Shown here one piece after another: positions 1-10,642 of a DNA stretch of 64,000 bases. Both the position numbers and the translations under genes were made by a program. The DNA lies in contig CAVVMW010000024.1 of the NCBI GenBank assembly GCA_963749495.1, positions 1 to 64,000 of the forward strand, in the 5' to 3' direction. The stretch is from an uncultured bacterium (GTDB lineage: Bacteria; Verrucomicrobiota; Verrucomicrobiia; Limisphaerales; UBA8199). Each line of letters opens with the position of its first letter. The stretch's first letter is position 1. The notes under the pieces were generated by a model that searched no databases, was not told the DNA's origin, and was given only the letters and a program-made list of their open reading frames with translations.

Positions 1-99
1 GGACATGTGGAGGGGGCGAAGCGTGCGCGCCTGGAAACGCTCGGCATCCAGGCCCTCTTCGAACCGGATACTATCCCGGGTTACTATCCTCCTCCATGA
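1..99 (+). CDS. 3' end of an upstream gene, probably a prepilin-type H-X9-DG C-terminal domain protein (partial)
   Basis: Frame 1 reads GHVEGAKRARLETLGIQALFEPDTIPGYYPPP*. GHVE fits the (D)GHVE tail of the H-X9-DG motif, and the stop overlaps the next ATG (ATGA, 96-99). Confidence 0.45.
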   Translation, partial: GHVEGAKRARLETLGIQALFEPDTIPGYYPPP

Positions 100-783
100 G
101 CGCAAAGAGGATCATCGTCCTCGCCTGCGGTCTGGCGGTCGCGGTGATAGGGGCGATTGCGCTGCTGGCCCGGACTTCGGCCGAAGAGTGCGGGTCTGGC
201 CGAAAGAGAACAGGCGATGGCGGCGCTAGGGGCTTGCATTGCCAGGCTCAGGCCGCATTGCCAGGTGCTGGTACTCTGCAATCCGTTTGCCAAGACCGCC
301 GGGTATCTCGATGCGAAGACCCAGTTTGAGCGGGCGGCCCTTTCCGGCTTGCGCAAGGGCCTGGGCAGGCGCGTCCCCGTCACGGTGGTCTTCCCGGAGA
401 TCCGGGCCGAATATTACACCAATCGCCAGTCCCTCTTCCTCCCGCCCGAGTGCCGCACACCGCTCAGTTTTGCGATTCAGCCCGCATCGGTGAACCAACT
501 CGCGGAAGCGCATCCCCAGTGCCAGGTCATTGTGAGTCTGATCGGCTTGCCGTCCGGAGTGGAGCAACTGAAAATCTGGAGCGACAAGGACCCCCGGTGC
601 TTCGCGCTGCTCCTGCCCGACTTGCGCGTGCTCGGCCCCTCGAAGAAGGCCGTGGGAGCTTTTCAGGCTGGCAAACTCCTGGCGGCCGTGGACCGCGATG
701 CCGCGTCCGGCGATCCGCTGATTGTCACGCGCAACAACGTCGAAGCCGTTCTCCAACGCCAACCGCAAGCTTTGGGTTACTGA
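96..783 (+). CDS. Hypothetical exported or membrane-anchored protein, apparent frameshift near 170
   Basis: The signal-like N-terminus MSAKRIIVLACGLAVAVIGAIALLAR (ORF 96..329) joins the long protein-like ORF 157..783 with a 1-nt shift. Confidence 0.55.
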
Positions 784-806
784 TTCAACACTTTATGCGT
801 CGCCCC

Positions 807-1706
807 ATGCGTTCATTGTCACTGTCGCTCCTTATCTGCGCCGCGCTGGCTTCCAGTGCGGCCTTTGGTCAATCGCTTTCCATCATCAAAGGAGGCGAAA
901 ACAACTATTGGATCGAGGCCAGCGCGCCCGCGAACAATCCCCAAACCCTCCAAGCCAGTGCGAATCTGCATCTCTGGGCGGACATCCATGACCCGGTGCA
1001 GGGGCAGTACTCAAGCCAGCTGGATGGAATGGCGGTCGCGCAGCGTTATTTTCGGCTGGTGCCTTCGGCGCCGCCGGCGCCGCCCATAGTGGTCATGCTG
1101 CTCGGGGATTCGGTGACCTCCGACTATACCGGTTGGGGAGGAGGCATGTATGGTTACTTCAAGCCGAATGCAACCGTTGTCAACTACGCCATGGCCGACA
1201 CCAGCACCAAGGAGTTCCTGCAGTCGGACGAGCTGGACAAGATGCTGTTGGTGAAGCCCAATAACGTCCTCATCGCGTACGGCAGAGTTGATGCCTATGG
1301 GGACCCCAATCGATTCACCACCCTGGAAGAATTCCGGACCAATTTGGTGACCATTTGCCAGATAGTGCGCGGCTTCGAGGGAGTCCCCATCCTCGTCACA
1401 GTGCTTGCCGCCAGGAATTTTGATGAGAACGGCATGGTGAGTCCTTTGTTCCCGGATCGAACTGCCGTTATCAAGGAGGTGGCTGCCGAGCTCCAGACGC
1501 CCCTGATCGACCTGAGCCAACTCTCTGTGGACCTGTTCAACCAACTGGGCCCGAGTGGTACGCAGTTTATGAATTATTCGTCTAGCGATAACGTGCACTT
1601 GTCGCCGGCGGGCGCGGTGGTCGTTGCCCGGCTGGTCGTCAACGCTGTTCCGGACGCTCTCGGTCCTTACCTGACCGGAATCTTCAATCCCCCACCCATA
1701 CCGTAG
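807..1706 (+). CDS. Secreted SGNH/GDSL esterase (rhamnogalacturonan acetylesterase-like)
   Basis: Signal peptide; LLGDSV block I; GWG; D-x-x-H (DNVHLS) block V. Alternative start at 795. Confidence 0.85.
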   Translation: MRSLSLSLLICAALASSAAFGQSLSIIKGGENNYWIEASAPANNPQTLQASANLHLWADIHDPVQGQYSSQLDGMAVAQRYFRLVPSAPPAPPIVVMLLGDSVTSDYTGWGGGMYGYFKPNATVVNYAMADTSTKEFLQSDELDKMLLVKPNNVLIAYGRVDAYGDPNRFTTLEEFRTNLVTICQIVRGFEGVPILVTVLAARNFDENGMVSPLFPDRTAVIKEVAAELQTPLIDLSQLSVDLFNQLGPSGTQFMNYSSSDNVHLSPAGAVVVARLVVNAVPDALGPYLTGIFNPPPIP

Positions 1707-1801
1707 GCGCAGAATGTGGAGGTACCCAGTGGAACAAAGCAGCAATTCTCATTTTGCCAACCGCAGTGAGCCTTTGTCGCAAACTTTGTCGCGAACTTTG
1801 G

Positions 1802-2941
1802 ATGACATATCGGAGTTCCAAGCACGCTGGGCGTTCCCCTCTCCTCCTCGGCAGGAGCGGGGGACCGATTGGGCACGCTTGGTGTACCACAGCGTCATCC
1901 AAAGTTGGGTGCAGTGGGGCCGTGCTGGCGTCTGCGCTGTGGCTCGCGCTGCTCTCACCGGTCCTGGCCGCTGGGGCTGGCGGCGACGGAGTCTGGCTCG
2001 AGGGAGAGACGATGTCCTCCAATACGTTCCAATTTTCGTTTGCAGCCAACGCCGGCCAAACCTATCCCATCGCGGTTTCGGTTGACCTGGTTCATTGGAG
2101 TTTGCTTACGAATGTAGTTGGGCAGGGAGGCCCGCTCTGGTTCGCCGACCAGGAAGCCCCGAGCGTTCCGCAGCGCTTTTACGAGATTACCGTTCCGATA
2201 ACGCCGGTGACGAACGTGGTTTACATTCAACCAGGCACTTTCACGATGGGCAGCCCTGAGTCCGAAGCGAGCCGCTCCACAAACGAAGGACCGCAGACGG
2301 AGGTGACAATTTCGCGGGGGTTCTGGATCGGCAAGTATGAGGTGACCCAAGAGGAGTGCGTGGCGGTGCTCGGAACGAACTTCTCGTTTTTTGAGTGGTC
2401 TCCGCGGCTGCCGTGCGAGTGGATGAGCTGGGACATGGCGACTAATTACTGCTATAAGCTGACTGAACGGGAACGTGCTGGCGGACGCTTGCCGGTCGGT
2501 TACGCTTACCGCTTGCCAACTGAAGCGGAGTGGGAGTATGCGTGCCGAGCGGGTACGGCTACCCCTTTCGGCATTGGTGATGGCACGAGCCTGAGTTCTT
2601 ACCAAGCCAATTTCGACGGGACCTTTCCCTACGGCGGAGCGCCCCGAGGCCCCTATTTCGACGGGACGACCATCGTCGGAAGCTACGGTCCGAACGCCTG
2701 GGGACTTTATGACATGCACGGGAACGTCTGGGAATGGTGTCAAGACTGGTATGGCCCCTACCCCGGCGGCAAGGTAACCGATCCGAAGGGTCCCGCCAGG
2801 GGCTCGGCTCGCGTGCTCCGCGGAGGCGGCTGGACCAGCGCGGGCAAGGCCTGCCGGTCCGCCGAGCGCGACAGCGGCTCGCCAACCTTCCAGAATTACA
2901 ACAACGGTTTCCGCGTGGTCCTGTCTTCAACTGCCGGGTGA
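1802..2941 (+). CDS. FGE-sulfatase (SUMF1/EgtB-like) domain protein, secreted
   Basis: FTMGS, KYEVTQ, RLPTEAEWEYACRAG, NAWGLYDMHGNVWEWC, RVLRGG and GFRV motifs. Start uncertain. Confidence 0.9.
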   Translation: MTYRSSKHAGRSPLLLGRSGGPIGHAWCTTASSKVGCSGAVLASALWLALLSPVLAAGAGGDGVWLEGETMSSNTFQFSFAANAGQTYPIAVSVDLVHWSLLTNVVGQGGPLWFADQEAPSVPQRFYEITVPITPVTNVVYIQPGTFTMGSPESEASRSTNEGPQTEVTISRGFWIGKYEVTQEECVAVLGTNFSFFEWSPRLPCEWMSWDMATNYCYKLTERERAGGRLPVGYAYRLPTEAEWEYACRAGTATPFGIGDGTSLSSYQANFDGTFPYGGAPRGPYFDGTTIVGSYGPNAWGLYDMHGNVWEWCQDWYGPYPGGKVTDPKGPARGSARVLRGGGWTSAGKACRSAERDSGSPTFQNYNNGFRVVLSSTAG

Positions 2942-4093
2942 GACGACCGCCGGCACCGCCACCCGCTGCCAACCTTCGACGCCCAGCCCGATATCTCTTT
3001 CGACGAATTCCCAAAGCACGACTTTCTTGCTCTTGAGGAACACCGGACGGGCGTGGAGTCCCTGTCGCACCAGGGTCGCACCGCCGCCGTCGTTGACCAA
3101 TGCCATCATCGGTTGCTGGAGCTCTTTGGCCAGGTGCGCGATGAAACCCGCGGATTCTGGTTCGTCTTGTTGGTAAATTCGCATGAAGCTGTCGCCGAGC
3201 ACGAGAATTTCGGCTTCCGCCTCATCTTTGTACGGCTGGCCATTGTCGCGACGGACTACCTGGGCACACGAGACGGTTTCGGGAGCCACCCGGCGTTCGA
3301 CGGGCGGCACTTGCAGCATCCGCAGGATATCTCCCAACCGCCACACCGGCATGACTCGCTCCGTGTACAAGACCCGGCCGGGCCTGGCCCAGCCCAATTC
3401 CAGCAACCGTCGCGCCGCCGCCTTCGTCGCCAGACCCACACCGGCTGGCGACCAGTGGGTATCCTGCGCCAGGTAGAGAGGAACCGGGGGAACCGAACCG
3501 CTCTGCTGGCGTGCGTGCTCAAACTCTTTGAACAGGTCGAGCACCTCCACCTTGGCCGTCCGAAGCCTTTCCAGTAACTCTCGGGTCCCAGGCGCCAGCA
3601 CCCCGTGCCCGGGCCTCACCCGGCGCGTCAGCCGGTCCGGATAGACGCTTTCCTTGTTCGGGACCGGCATGACCAACAGTCGGATGCCCTGCGCGGCGAG
3701 TTGATCCCGAAAATCCACAATCGCGGTCACCGGGTCGTTGGTGGCGTTGGACGGCTTGGCGCGCTCAGGGCGGGCCAGCATGTAATTCAGCCCGGGCTTG
3801 TAGAAGTACCATCCCTCTGGTCCGATGACCACCTTCTCCCCGCCCTCCTTCAGCCAGGAGAAATGAGCAAACTGAAGTAATGGCCGGCTCAGCCGCGCTG
3901 CCCAGTTAGCTGCCTCTAAATCTCGCTCGTAAGCGCGCAAGTTAGCGGCAGTGGGCATCTGGCTGAACAGCTCAAACGCTCGGATTCCGTTGTCTCCGCG
4001 CGTTTCGATGAGGGCTTGGACTAGCGGCACGCCGGCGATGATCCCGAGGAACATCAGGATCAAAACCCATTGGGGATCACGAAGACGCTTCAT
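2927..4093 (-). CDS. AlgJ/AlgX-family SGNH polysaccharide O-acetyltransferase
   Basis: VVIGPEGWYF, VPNKESVYPD, DTHW, LGDSF and WEFVERD motifs; lies downstream of an MBOAT gene. Confidence 0.85.
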   Translation of the reverse strand: MKRLRDPQWVLILMFLGIIAGVPLVQALIETRGDNGIRAFELFSQMPTAANLRAYERDLEAANWAARLSRPLLQFAHFSWLKEGGEKVVIGPEGWYFYKPGLNYMLARPERAKPSNATNDPVTAIVDFRDQLAAQGIRLLVMPVPNKESVYPDRLTRRVRPGHGVLAPGTRELLERLRTAKVEVLDLFKEFEHARQQSGSVPPVPLYLAQDTHWSPAGVGLATKAAARRLLELGWARPGRVLYTERVMPVWRLGDILRMLQVPPVERRVAPETVSCAQVVRRDNGQPYKDEAEAEILVLGDSFMRIYQQDEPESAGFIAHLAKELQQPMMALVNDGGGATLVRQGLHARPVFLKSKKVVLWEFVERDIGLGVEGWQRVAVPAVVSPGS

Positions 4094-4099
4094 GGCCGG

Positions 4100-5506
4100 T
4101 CAAAATTGGAAATAGAGGAAGGGGTTGAAAGCCTGCGAGAACATCGCGACCAGTGAAAACACAAACAGCGGAACCAACGCCGCGGCCCGTCCCCAGGTCA
4201 CCGGCGACTGCGCCCAATCGTGGGCCTGTAAAGGCTGGAAGACCAGGCCGGCGCAGATGCCGAGAACCAGCAGGTGGTAAGGAGTGTAAATCGTCGCTGC
4301 CAGCAATGGGGCGATGGTTCCGATAGAGCCCAGGCCGAACATCGCCATGAAATAATCTCTGGCCGCGGTCAGGTTATCGGCACGAAACAAAACCCACGAC
4401 AGCAGCACCAGCAGAAACGTGAGGCCGATGCGTCCTGGCCGCGGCAGCACCTGGTAAAGGCTGCGTTTTCCACGCCACCTTTCCAAGGCCAGGAGCAGCC
4501 CATGGAACGCGCCCCAGACCACAAAGTTCCACTTGGCACCGTGCCATAAGCCCCCCAACACCATCACCACCGCGAGATTGAAATAGGTTCGCCCTTCTCC
4601 CTTCCGATTGCCGCCGAGCGCATAGTATAAATAATCCCGCAACACGCTGGATAGGGAGATGTGCCAGCGCCGCCAAAGTTCCGTGATGCTCTCGGAACGG
4701 TAGGGCGCGTCGAAGTTCTTCAGGAACTCAAACCCCAGCATGCGTCCCAGACCCACGGCCATGTCCGAGTACCCGCAGAAATCGAAGTAGATTTGGAACG
4801 CGTACGCGATTACTCCCACCCAGGCATCGAGCGCATAGGGGCTGGCCGCGTTGAACACCGCGTCGGCCACTTGCCCGCAAGGGTTGGCCAGCAAAACCTT
4901 CTTGGCAAAGCCAACCACGAAAATGGAAACACCCGAAGCAAACCGTGCCACCGTGTGTTGGCGTTCCTGCAATTGTTCGGCGAGGGTCTTGTAGCGGATA
5001 ATCGGGCCGGCCACCAGGTCCGGAAACAACGCAACAAAGGCCGAAAAGTTTGAGAACGAGTTCGCCGGGATCGCGTGCCCGCGATATAAATCCAGGATGT
5101 AAGTCAGGGAGTGGAACGTGTAGAACGAAATCCCAATCGGCAGGACAACCTGCAGGACGTGGAACGGCTTCGCCCCAACCGCCGCCAGCAGTTGGTTCAG
5201 GCTCTCGGCGCCGAACATGTAATACTTGAAGAATCCCAGGAAGCTGAGATTCGTGATGACAGATGCCAACACCGCCAGCTCTCTCTGCAACGGCGTGGCG
5301 CCAGGGCGGGTAATGACTTTGCCCCAGGTGAAGTCCATAACCGTCGTGAAAAACATCAGGCCTACAAACCAAGGCTTCCACCAGCCGTAAAACACATAGC
5401 TGGCTAACGTGATCCAGAGATTCCGCCAGCGGTACGGGAGGTTGAAATAGACCAGCAGAAACAGCGGCAGAAAGTAAAAAACGAAGATCTGAGTCGTGAA
5501 TACCAT
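4100..5506 (-). CDS. algI: MBOAT-family O-acyltransferase (AlgI/DltB-like)
   Basis: LPIGISFYTF, FPDLVAGPI, IYFDFCGYSDMA, WRRWHISLS, GLWHGA and FNPFLYFQF motifs. Confidence 0.9.
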   Translation of the reverse strand: MVFTTQIFVFYFLPLFLLVYFNLPYRWRNLWITLASYVFYGWWKPWFVGLMFFTTVMDFTWGKVITRPGATPLQRELAVLASVITNLSFLGFFKYYMFGAESLNQLLAAVGAKPFHVLQVVLPIGISFYTFHSLTYILDLYRGHAIPANSFSNFSAFVALFPDLVAGPIIRYKTLAEQLQERQHTVARFASGVSIFVVGFAKKVLLANPCGQVADAVFNAASPYALDAWVGVIAYAFQIYFDFCGYSDMAVGLGRMLGFEFLKNFDAPYRSESITELWRRWHISLSSVLRDYLYYALGGNRKGEGRTYFNLAVVMVLGGLWHGAKWNFVVWGAFHGLLLALERWRGKRSLYQVLPRPGRIGLTFLLVLLSWVLFRADNLTAARDYFMAMFGLGSIGTIAPLLAATIYTPYHLLVLGICAGLVFQPLQAHDWAQSPVTWGRAAALVPLFVFSLVAMFSQAFNPFLYFQF

Positions 5507-6045
5507 TTTTTCGTCGCAGGTGAGCCTACTCACGGCCAACCGCAGGGTCAAGTCAATTCACCGGACAGACGTAACCGACCAGTCATGGCGGGCGGAGCGC
5601 CGGTCTCCGACCCGGCGTGTCCCTCATATTCGAGGAACTCGCCGTGGGAAAGGGTTCAGCCATTAGGGCAGGGTGCAAGTAAAAAAAAGCGTGGTCCGGC
5701 CGGTTTTTTTCTAAACCGTTTTTGCCAGAGCTCTTGGGCCACTGTGCGGGCACTGACTCGAGCCTGCGTTCTCGTTTGCCGAATCGGGGCCTCACGGAAC
5801 TTGCCCGTCGAGGCGACCCGTTCAGTCAGCCATCTGGGTCCAGCGCCGAGCGGCAGGTCAGAGCAATCCATCCACCTTCGAACCGAAAGGAACTGGGGGC
5901 ACGAGGCCATTGCCAGTTCCCTCCGGCTCTCATCGAAGGGGTCAGCCATACATTTTTGATCCCGGCCTGACTTTTTGGTTGGGTTCGTCCAAACCCCGGC
6001 CACGATGGGCGAGGCATGCGTCGCTGTGCCCAGCGGGACCGACCA

Positions 6046-6216
6046 CTCGAGACGCCGGAGCCCGACCTGGTGGCGGGAATGAAGTGGCTGCTGGGCACCT
6101 ATACCAGCCGCTACAACCGAAGGCACGGGGAATTTGGGCATCTGTTCAGCGGGCGCTACAAGGCGGTGGTGGTGGACGGGAGCAGCACGGGCTACCTCAA
6201 GACGGCTTGCGACTAG
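6046..6216 (+). pseudogene. Internal fragment of a REP-associated tyrosine transposase (RAYT/Y1)
   Basis: LETPEPDLVAGMKWLLGTYTSRYNRRH..GHLFSGRYKAVVVD; truncated at both ends. Confidence 0.75.
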
Positions 6217-6299
6217 CGCAGTTTGATGACTTCATGGCCCAGCGCCTCAAGCGAGAACGCCAGGTCATCGGGCACGTCGTGGTCCAGAAGGAACTTCAC
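6213..6299 (-). pseudogene. Truncated DUF5615 (PIN-like) toxin, N-terminal part
   Basis: Hand translation MKFLLDHDVPDDLAFSLEALGHEVIKLR*; GTG start overlaps the stop of the DUF433 fragment. Confidence 0.65.
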
Positions 6300-6458
6300 G
6301 GCCGGGGTCCGGCCATCTGGCGGGCGACGAGCACATCAATCTCGCCCCGGTGATCCTCGTAATAGGCCAGGCACTCGTAAACCTGGGCACGAGTGACAGC
6401 AGGGAAGCAGCGCGTGACTACGCTCTCCACGGTCTCGCCGTTCTGGAGCAGGCCGATC
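6296..6458 (-). pseudogene. DUF433 antitoxin, C-terminal fragment
   Basis: Hand translation IGLLQNGETVESVVTRCFPAVTRAQVYECLAYYEDHRGEID...; the N-terminus is missing. Confidence 0.7.
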
Positions 6459-6498
6459 CCTGTTCGACATGGCGGGGCCAGGCCGGTAGGGTAGAGTC

Positions 6499-8585
6499 AT
6501 GTCAGGCGACTACGCATTGCCGCCGTTCCGCAAGGCGCTGGAGCTGCAGATTGACTACGCGGGCGAGCTCAATCCGCAGCAGCTTCGAGGCGGTCACGGC
6601 GCCGCCCGGGCCGGCATTGGTCATTGCGGGCGCGGGGTCGGGCAAGACGCGCACGCTCACCTACCGGGTGGCTTATCTGATCGAGCAAGGCATCGGCCCC
6701 GAGCACATCCTGCTCCTGACGTTCACCAACAAGGCCGCGCAGGAGATGATGCGGCGCGTGACCGACCTGCTGGGCCAGGAGTTGGGCTCGCTCTGGGGCG
6801 GCACGTTCCACTCGATCGGCAACCGGGTCCTGCGCCGGCACGCGGACCTGCTGGGCTACCGGCGTGACTTCTCCATCCTGGACCGCGCCGACGCCAAGGG
6901 CCTGATCACCACCTGCGTGGCCGAATCGGACATTGACACCAAGGCCGCGCCCTTTCCCAAGGCCGAGGTGCTGGCCGAGATCTTCTCCCTGGCTGTGAAC
7001 ACGCTCCGGACCACGGAACAGGTTCTCGAAGAGCAATACGGCCACTTTTCGCCCGTGTCAGACCTGATAGCGGAGGCCCAGCGCCTCTACGCGGCGCGCA
7101 AGCGGGCCAGCAACGCGATGGATTTTGACGACCTGCTGGCGCTGTGGCTCGAACTGCTTCGGCAGCAGCCCGAGGTCCTCGAGCACTACCAGCACCGCTT
7201 CCAGTTCATCCTGGTGGATGAATACCAGGACACCAACAAGCTCCAAAGCGACCTCATCGACCTCCTGGCGGCCCGGCACCAGAACGTCATGGTCGTGGGC
7301 GATGACGCCCAGAGCATCTATTCGTGGCGCGGGGCCAACTTCCACAACATCCTGAAATTCCCGGACCGCTACCCCGGGGCTGCGCTCTATAAGGTCGAGA
7401 CCAACTATCGCAGCACGCCGGAGATCCTGGAGGCGGCCAACGCGGCCATCGCGGCCAATACCCGCCAGTATGTCAAGCTCTTGACCCCGGTCCGCAAGCC
7501 CGGTCCGAAGCCGGCGGTTGTGGTCTGCAGCAATTCCTCCGGGCAGGCCGAGTTCGTGGCCCGGCGCCTGGTCCAGTTGCACGAGGAAGGGGCTGATTTG
7601 AACCGGACGGCCGTGCTCTACCGTTCGCATTCTCATGCCCTGGAGCTCCAGCTCGAACTGACCCGCCGCCACATCCCCTTCAGCATCACCAGCGGCATCC
7701 GCTTCTTCGAGCAGGCCCACATCAAGGATGTCACCGCCTATCTCAAGCTGGTCGCCAACCCGCGCGATGAATCGGCCTTTGTGCGCCTGGTGCGATTGTT
7801 GCCCGGCATCGGCGGCAAGGGCGCAATGAGGTTGTGGCGGGCCTTTAGCGCGGGAGCGCCTCCGGATGCCACCGCCAGCGGCCACGGCGAGGACGGGCGC
7901 ACTCCGGCTGAACCCCCTGACGCGGCCTCGCTACCGCCGGGCCCGGCCGTGGCACGCGCCTTGCAACGATGCGCGGCGCTCGTCCCGAAGAAGACGGCTG
8001 CGGCCTGGGCGCAATTCAGCGCCACGATAGCGCAACTCGAGGGCGAAGACCTGCGGCATGACCCGAGCGCAATGCTCCGGCTCGTGCTCGAGGCGGGTTA
8101 TGAAGACTATCTCAAGGAGAACTACACCCATTACCGCTCGCGGCTGGAGGACCTCCAGCAGCTTGCCTCCTTTGCCACGCAGTTCGAGGCGCTCGAAGAC
8201 TTCTTGAGCCAACTGGCCCTGTTGACCAACGTCGAGGCGGAGGAGGATCGCCCTGCGCCCGCCGAGGACGAGCAGGTCCGGCTCTCGACGATCCACCAGG
8301 CCAAGGGTCTCGAGTTCGAACGTCGTCTTCGTCATCATGTTGTGCGATGGGCTCTTCCCGTCGGAGCGTTCTTTGAAGGTCCCTGGCGGGGAGGAGGAGG
8401 AGCGCCGGCTCATGTATGTGGCCATCACGCGCGCGCGCCAGGAGCTTTACCTGAGCTATCCCTTGACCCGGGCCGGCTACCGCAACGGCGGGCCCATGGC
8501 CCAGCGGCCTTCACGATTCCTGGCTGAAATCCCCAAGGCCCTGGTCGAGGAGCAGGACCTCACGACGTTCCTGCCCCACGTGTGA
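6499..8585 (+). CDS. uvrD: ATP-dependent DNA helicase, UvrD/PcrA family (apparent frameshifts at ~6585 and ~8320)
   Basis: LNPQQ, AGAGSGKT, TFTNKAA, VDEYQD, GDDAQSIY, NYRS, STIHQAKGLEF and EEERRLMYVAITRA, spread over three frames. Confidence 0.9.
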
Positions 8586-8589
8586 CTCA

Positions 8590-9423
8590 TTATGCGCAAG
8601 AATGCTCCAGAACGGTTCCTCGTCGAGGTTCGATAAGAGACTGAGCCTCGCGCGCCTCGGTTTGGTGGAAGACGTAAACGAAGGCATCGCGGAATTGCTG
8701 TGGCAAATGCCGGCAGAGGAGATTGTAAGCCCGGCCGCCAACTCCAACATGCCCAACGTCCGAATGCGCCTCGAAATGGTAAAGCTGGAGCCCCTGCGCT
8801 GCGGCGGCGGAAAGAACCTCCGACGTGGTGTATTCCCGGAAGTGGCCCAAGTCACCGTTAATCAACTCCGGGTGCATGTCGAACGGAGGACATCCGACCG
8901 CAAGCTTTAGCCGGTTTTTGAGGGCGGCGGCATTGGGCATGGTGACCAAAATGAGGCCGTTCGGTTTAATCAAGCTTCGCAGTTGGCGGAGCGACAGCCG
9001 AATCGGCATTTTGAGGTCCTCGAGAACCTCGCAAGCCGATACCAGGTCGTATTCGCCCCATCCCGATTTCCACGGCGCTGTGTCCAGATCTTGCTCGAAG
9101 TGATTCTCCCAAGGCCGCCGCGGCAAATGGTCCGGGTCGAATCCGAGCGAGTCCACGTTGTCGAAGTCTTCGCGGAGCATCCTTGTCAAGATGTGCGGGC
9201 CGACATCGAGGATGGTCTGGCTTGGCGTTATCAGGCGATGCACGAGCGAGACGGTCCTGCGAAAGCGTGCGGCGTTGGCCAGTTCGTAGGTTGGATCGCC
9301 CTCGGCGTAACGGACGGTGCCACCCGGTTGGCGGGTCGAAACCTGCGCCGGGCTTCCACGCGGGATGGTGAGGGAATCGTCGGAAAACCGAGCGCTCCGG
9401 GCATTGTCTTTTGCAAGTATCAT
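8590..9423 (-). CDS. Class I SAM-dependent methyltransferase
   Basis: ILDVG, YDLVSACEVLE, IKPNGLILVTMPN and HFREYT motifs. Start uncertain. Confidence 0.75.
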   Translation of the reverse strand: MILAKDNARSARFSDDSLTIPRGSPAQVSTRQPGGTVRYAEGDPTYELANAARFRRTVSLVHRLITPSQTILDVGPHILTRMLREDFDNVDSLGFDPDHLPRRPWENHFEQDLDTAPWKSGWGEYDLVSACEVLEDLKMPIRLSLRQLRSLIKPNGLILVTMPNAAALKNRLKLAVGCPPFDMHPELINGDLGHFREYTTSEVLSAAAAQGLQLYHFEAHSDVGHVGVGGRAYNLLCRHLPQQFRDAFVYVFHQTEAREAQSLIEPRRGTVLEHSCA

Positions 9424-9772
9424 TGCGGGTGGCAATTCTTTCCGAGTTCTATGCTCGCAGCGCCTATAAAGCAGGCGCGGTGCCAGGCACGACCGCCATT
9501 GCGTCGCCACCAATCGGCGCCCCCTCCGTCCCATCACCCGTCCAAGGTGAAGGATGCCACGCCAAGACCGGAAATTCCTGCCGCCCCACAGCCCGAATCG
9601 CTCCCCACCTTGGGCATGGGAAGGCCCTTCTCACATCCCGTAACTATTCAGGTCTAATCAGGGGAATTTAAGCACCGCCTTCGTTGGCGCACGAGCTTTG
9701 ATTCGCTTTTTTCTCACTTTTTTGCTCATCCGGTACCTGGACTCCAGGCCCCACTCGTGCCATCATCCGGGC

Positions 9773-10642
9773 ATGACCTTGACCGTGCAGGGCCGTTTGC
9801 TCGGTGCGGAGCAGTTGGACCAAGTCCGCCAGTTGCTCGGGCAGCACCCCCAATGGAGTCGCCGCAGGCTGTCCCGCGCACTGTGTCAACGGTGGGCTTG
9901 GCGGGACCCCAAAGGCCGACTCCAAGACATGGCCGCCCGCGCGCTGTTGGTCAAATTGGAAGCGCGGGGCCTGCTGGTCTTGCCGCCGCGCCGCTGCGTG
10001 CCTTGCAATCGCATGCGCCGCCAGCAACTGCGCCCGGTGGCCCATGGCACCCAACGCCTCGCCGGGCCGCTGGAGGCTTTGCAGCCACTGGAGGTGCGGG
10101 AATTAAGCCAATGGCCGGACCAACGGCCGCTCTTCGACTGGCTGCTGCATCGCTATCATTATCTGGGCTACACCGGCACGGTGGGCCTCAATCTGAAGTA
10201 CCTGGTGCTGGATCGCTGCGGGCAACCGCTCAGTTGCCTGCTCTTTGGCTCGGCCGCCTGGCAGTGCGCCCCCCGCGACCAGTTTATCGGGTGGAGCCCC
10301 GCCGCGCGGCGCGCGCATTTGCAGGCGCTGACCAACAACACGCGTTTCATCGTGTTGCCCTGGGTCGCCACGCCCAACTTGGCCAGCCACGCGCTGAGTC
10401 TGGTCTTGCGCCGTCTGGCCCAGGACTGGCAGCGCAAATACGCCCGGCCGCTCCATCTGGTGGAGACCTTCGTGGACACCTCCCGTTTCACCGGCGCCTG
10501 TTATCGCGCCGCCAATTGGATCGCGTTGGGCCAGACCACCGGCCGCACCCGCAACGACCGGAGCAATCGGCCCCAGGTCTGCCCCAAGGCGGTGTGGGTC
10601 TATCCGCTGGACCCGCAGTTTCGCCGCCACCTATGCGCCTGA
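9773..10642 (+). CDS. DUF4338 / Druantia DruA-like protein
   Basis: SRRRLSRALC, RYHYLGY, RDQFIGW, NNTRF, NLASHAL, ETFVD and GACYRAANW motifs. Confidence 0.85.
   Translation: MTLTVQGRLLGAEQLDQVRQLLGQHPQWSRRRLSRALCQRWAWRDPKGRLQDMAARALLVKLEARGLLVLPPRRCVPCNRMRRQQLRPVAHGTQRLAGPLEALQPLEVRELSQWPDQRPLFDWLLHRYHYLGYTGTVGLNLKYLVLDRCGQPLSCLLFGSAAWQCAPRDQFIGWSPAARRAHLQALTNNTRFIVLPWVATPNLASHALSLVLRRLAQDWQRKYARPLHLVETFVDTSRFTGACYRAANWIALGQTTGRTRNDRSNRPQVCPKAVWVYPLDPQFRRHLCA

Noticed and set aside
2800..2941. FGE-sulfatase C-terminus as a DGR variable region
   Set aside because: The fold is a known DGR target and AAC codons are present, but I saw no template repeat, reverse transcriptase or avd gene in the window.
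9773..10642. Complete Druantia defence system
   Set aside because: Only a DruA-like gene inside an IS is present, with no DruE helicase or other dru genes.
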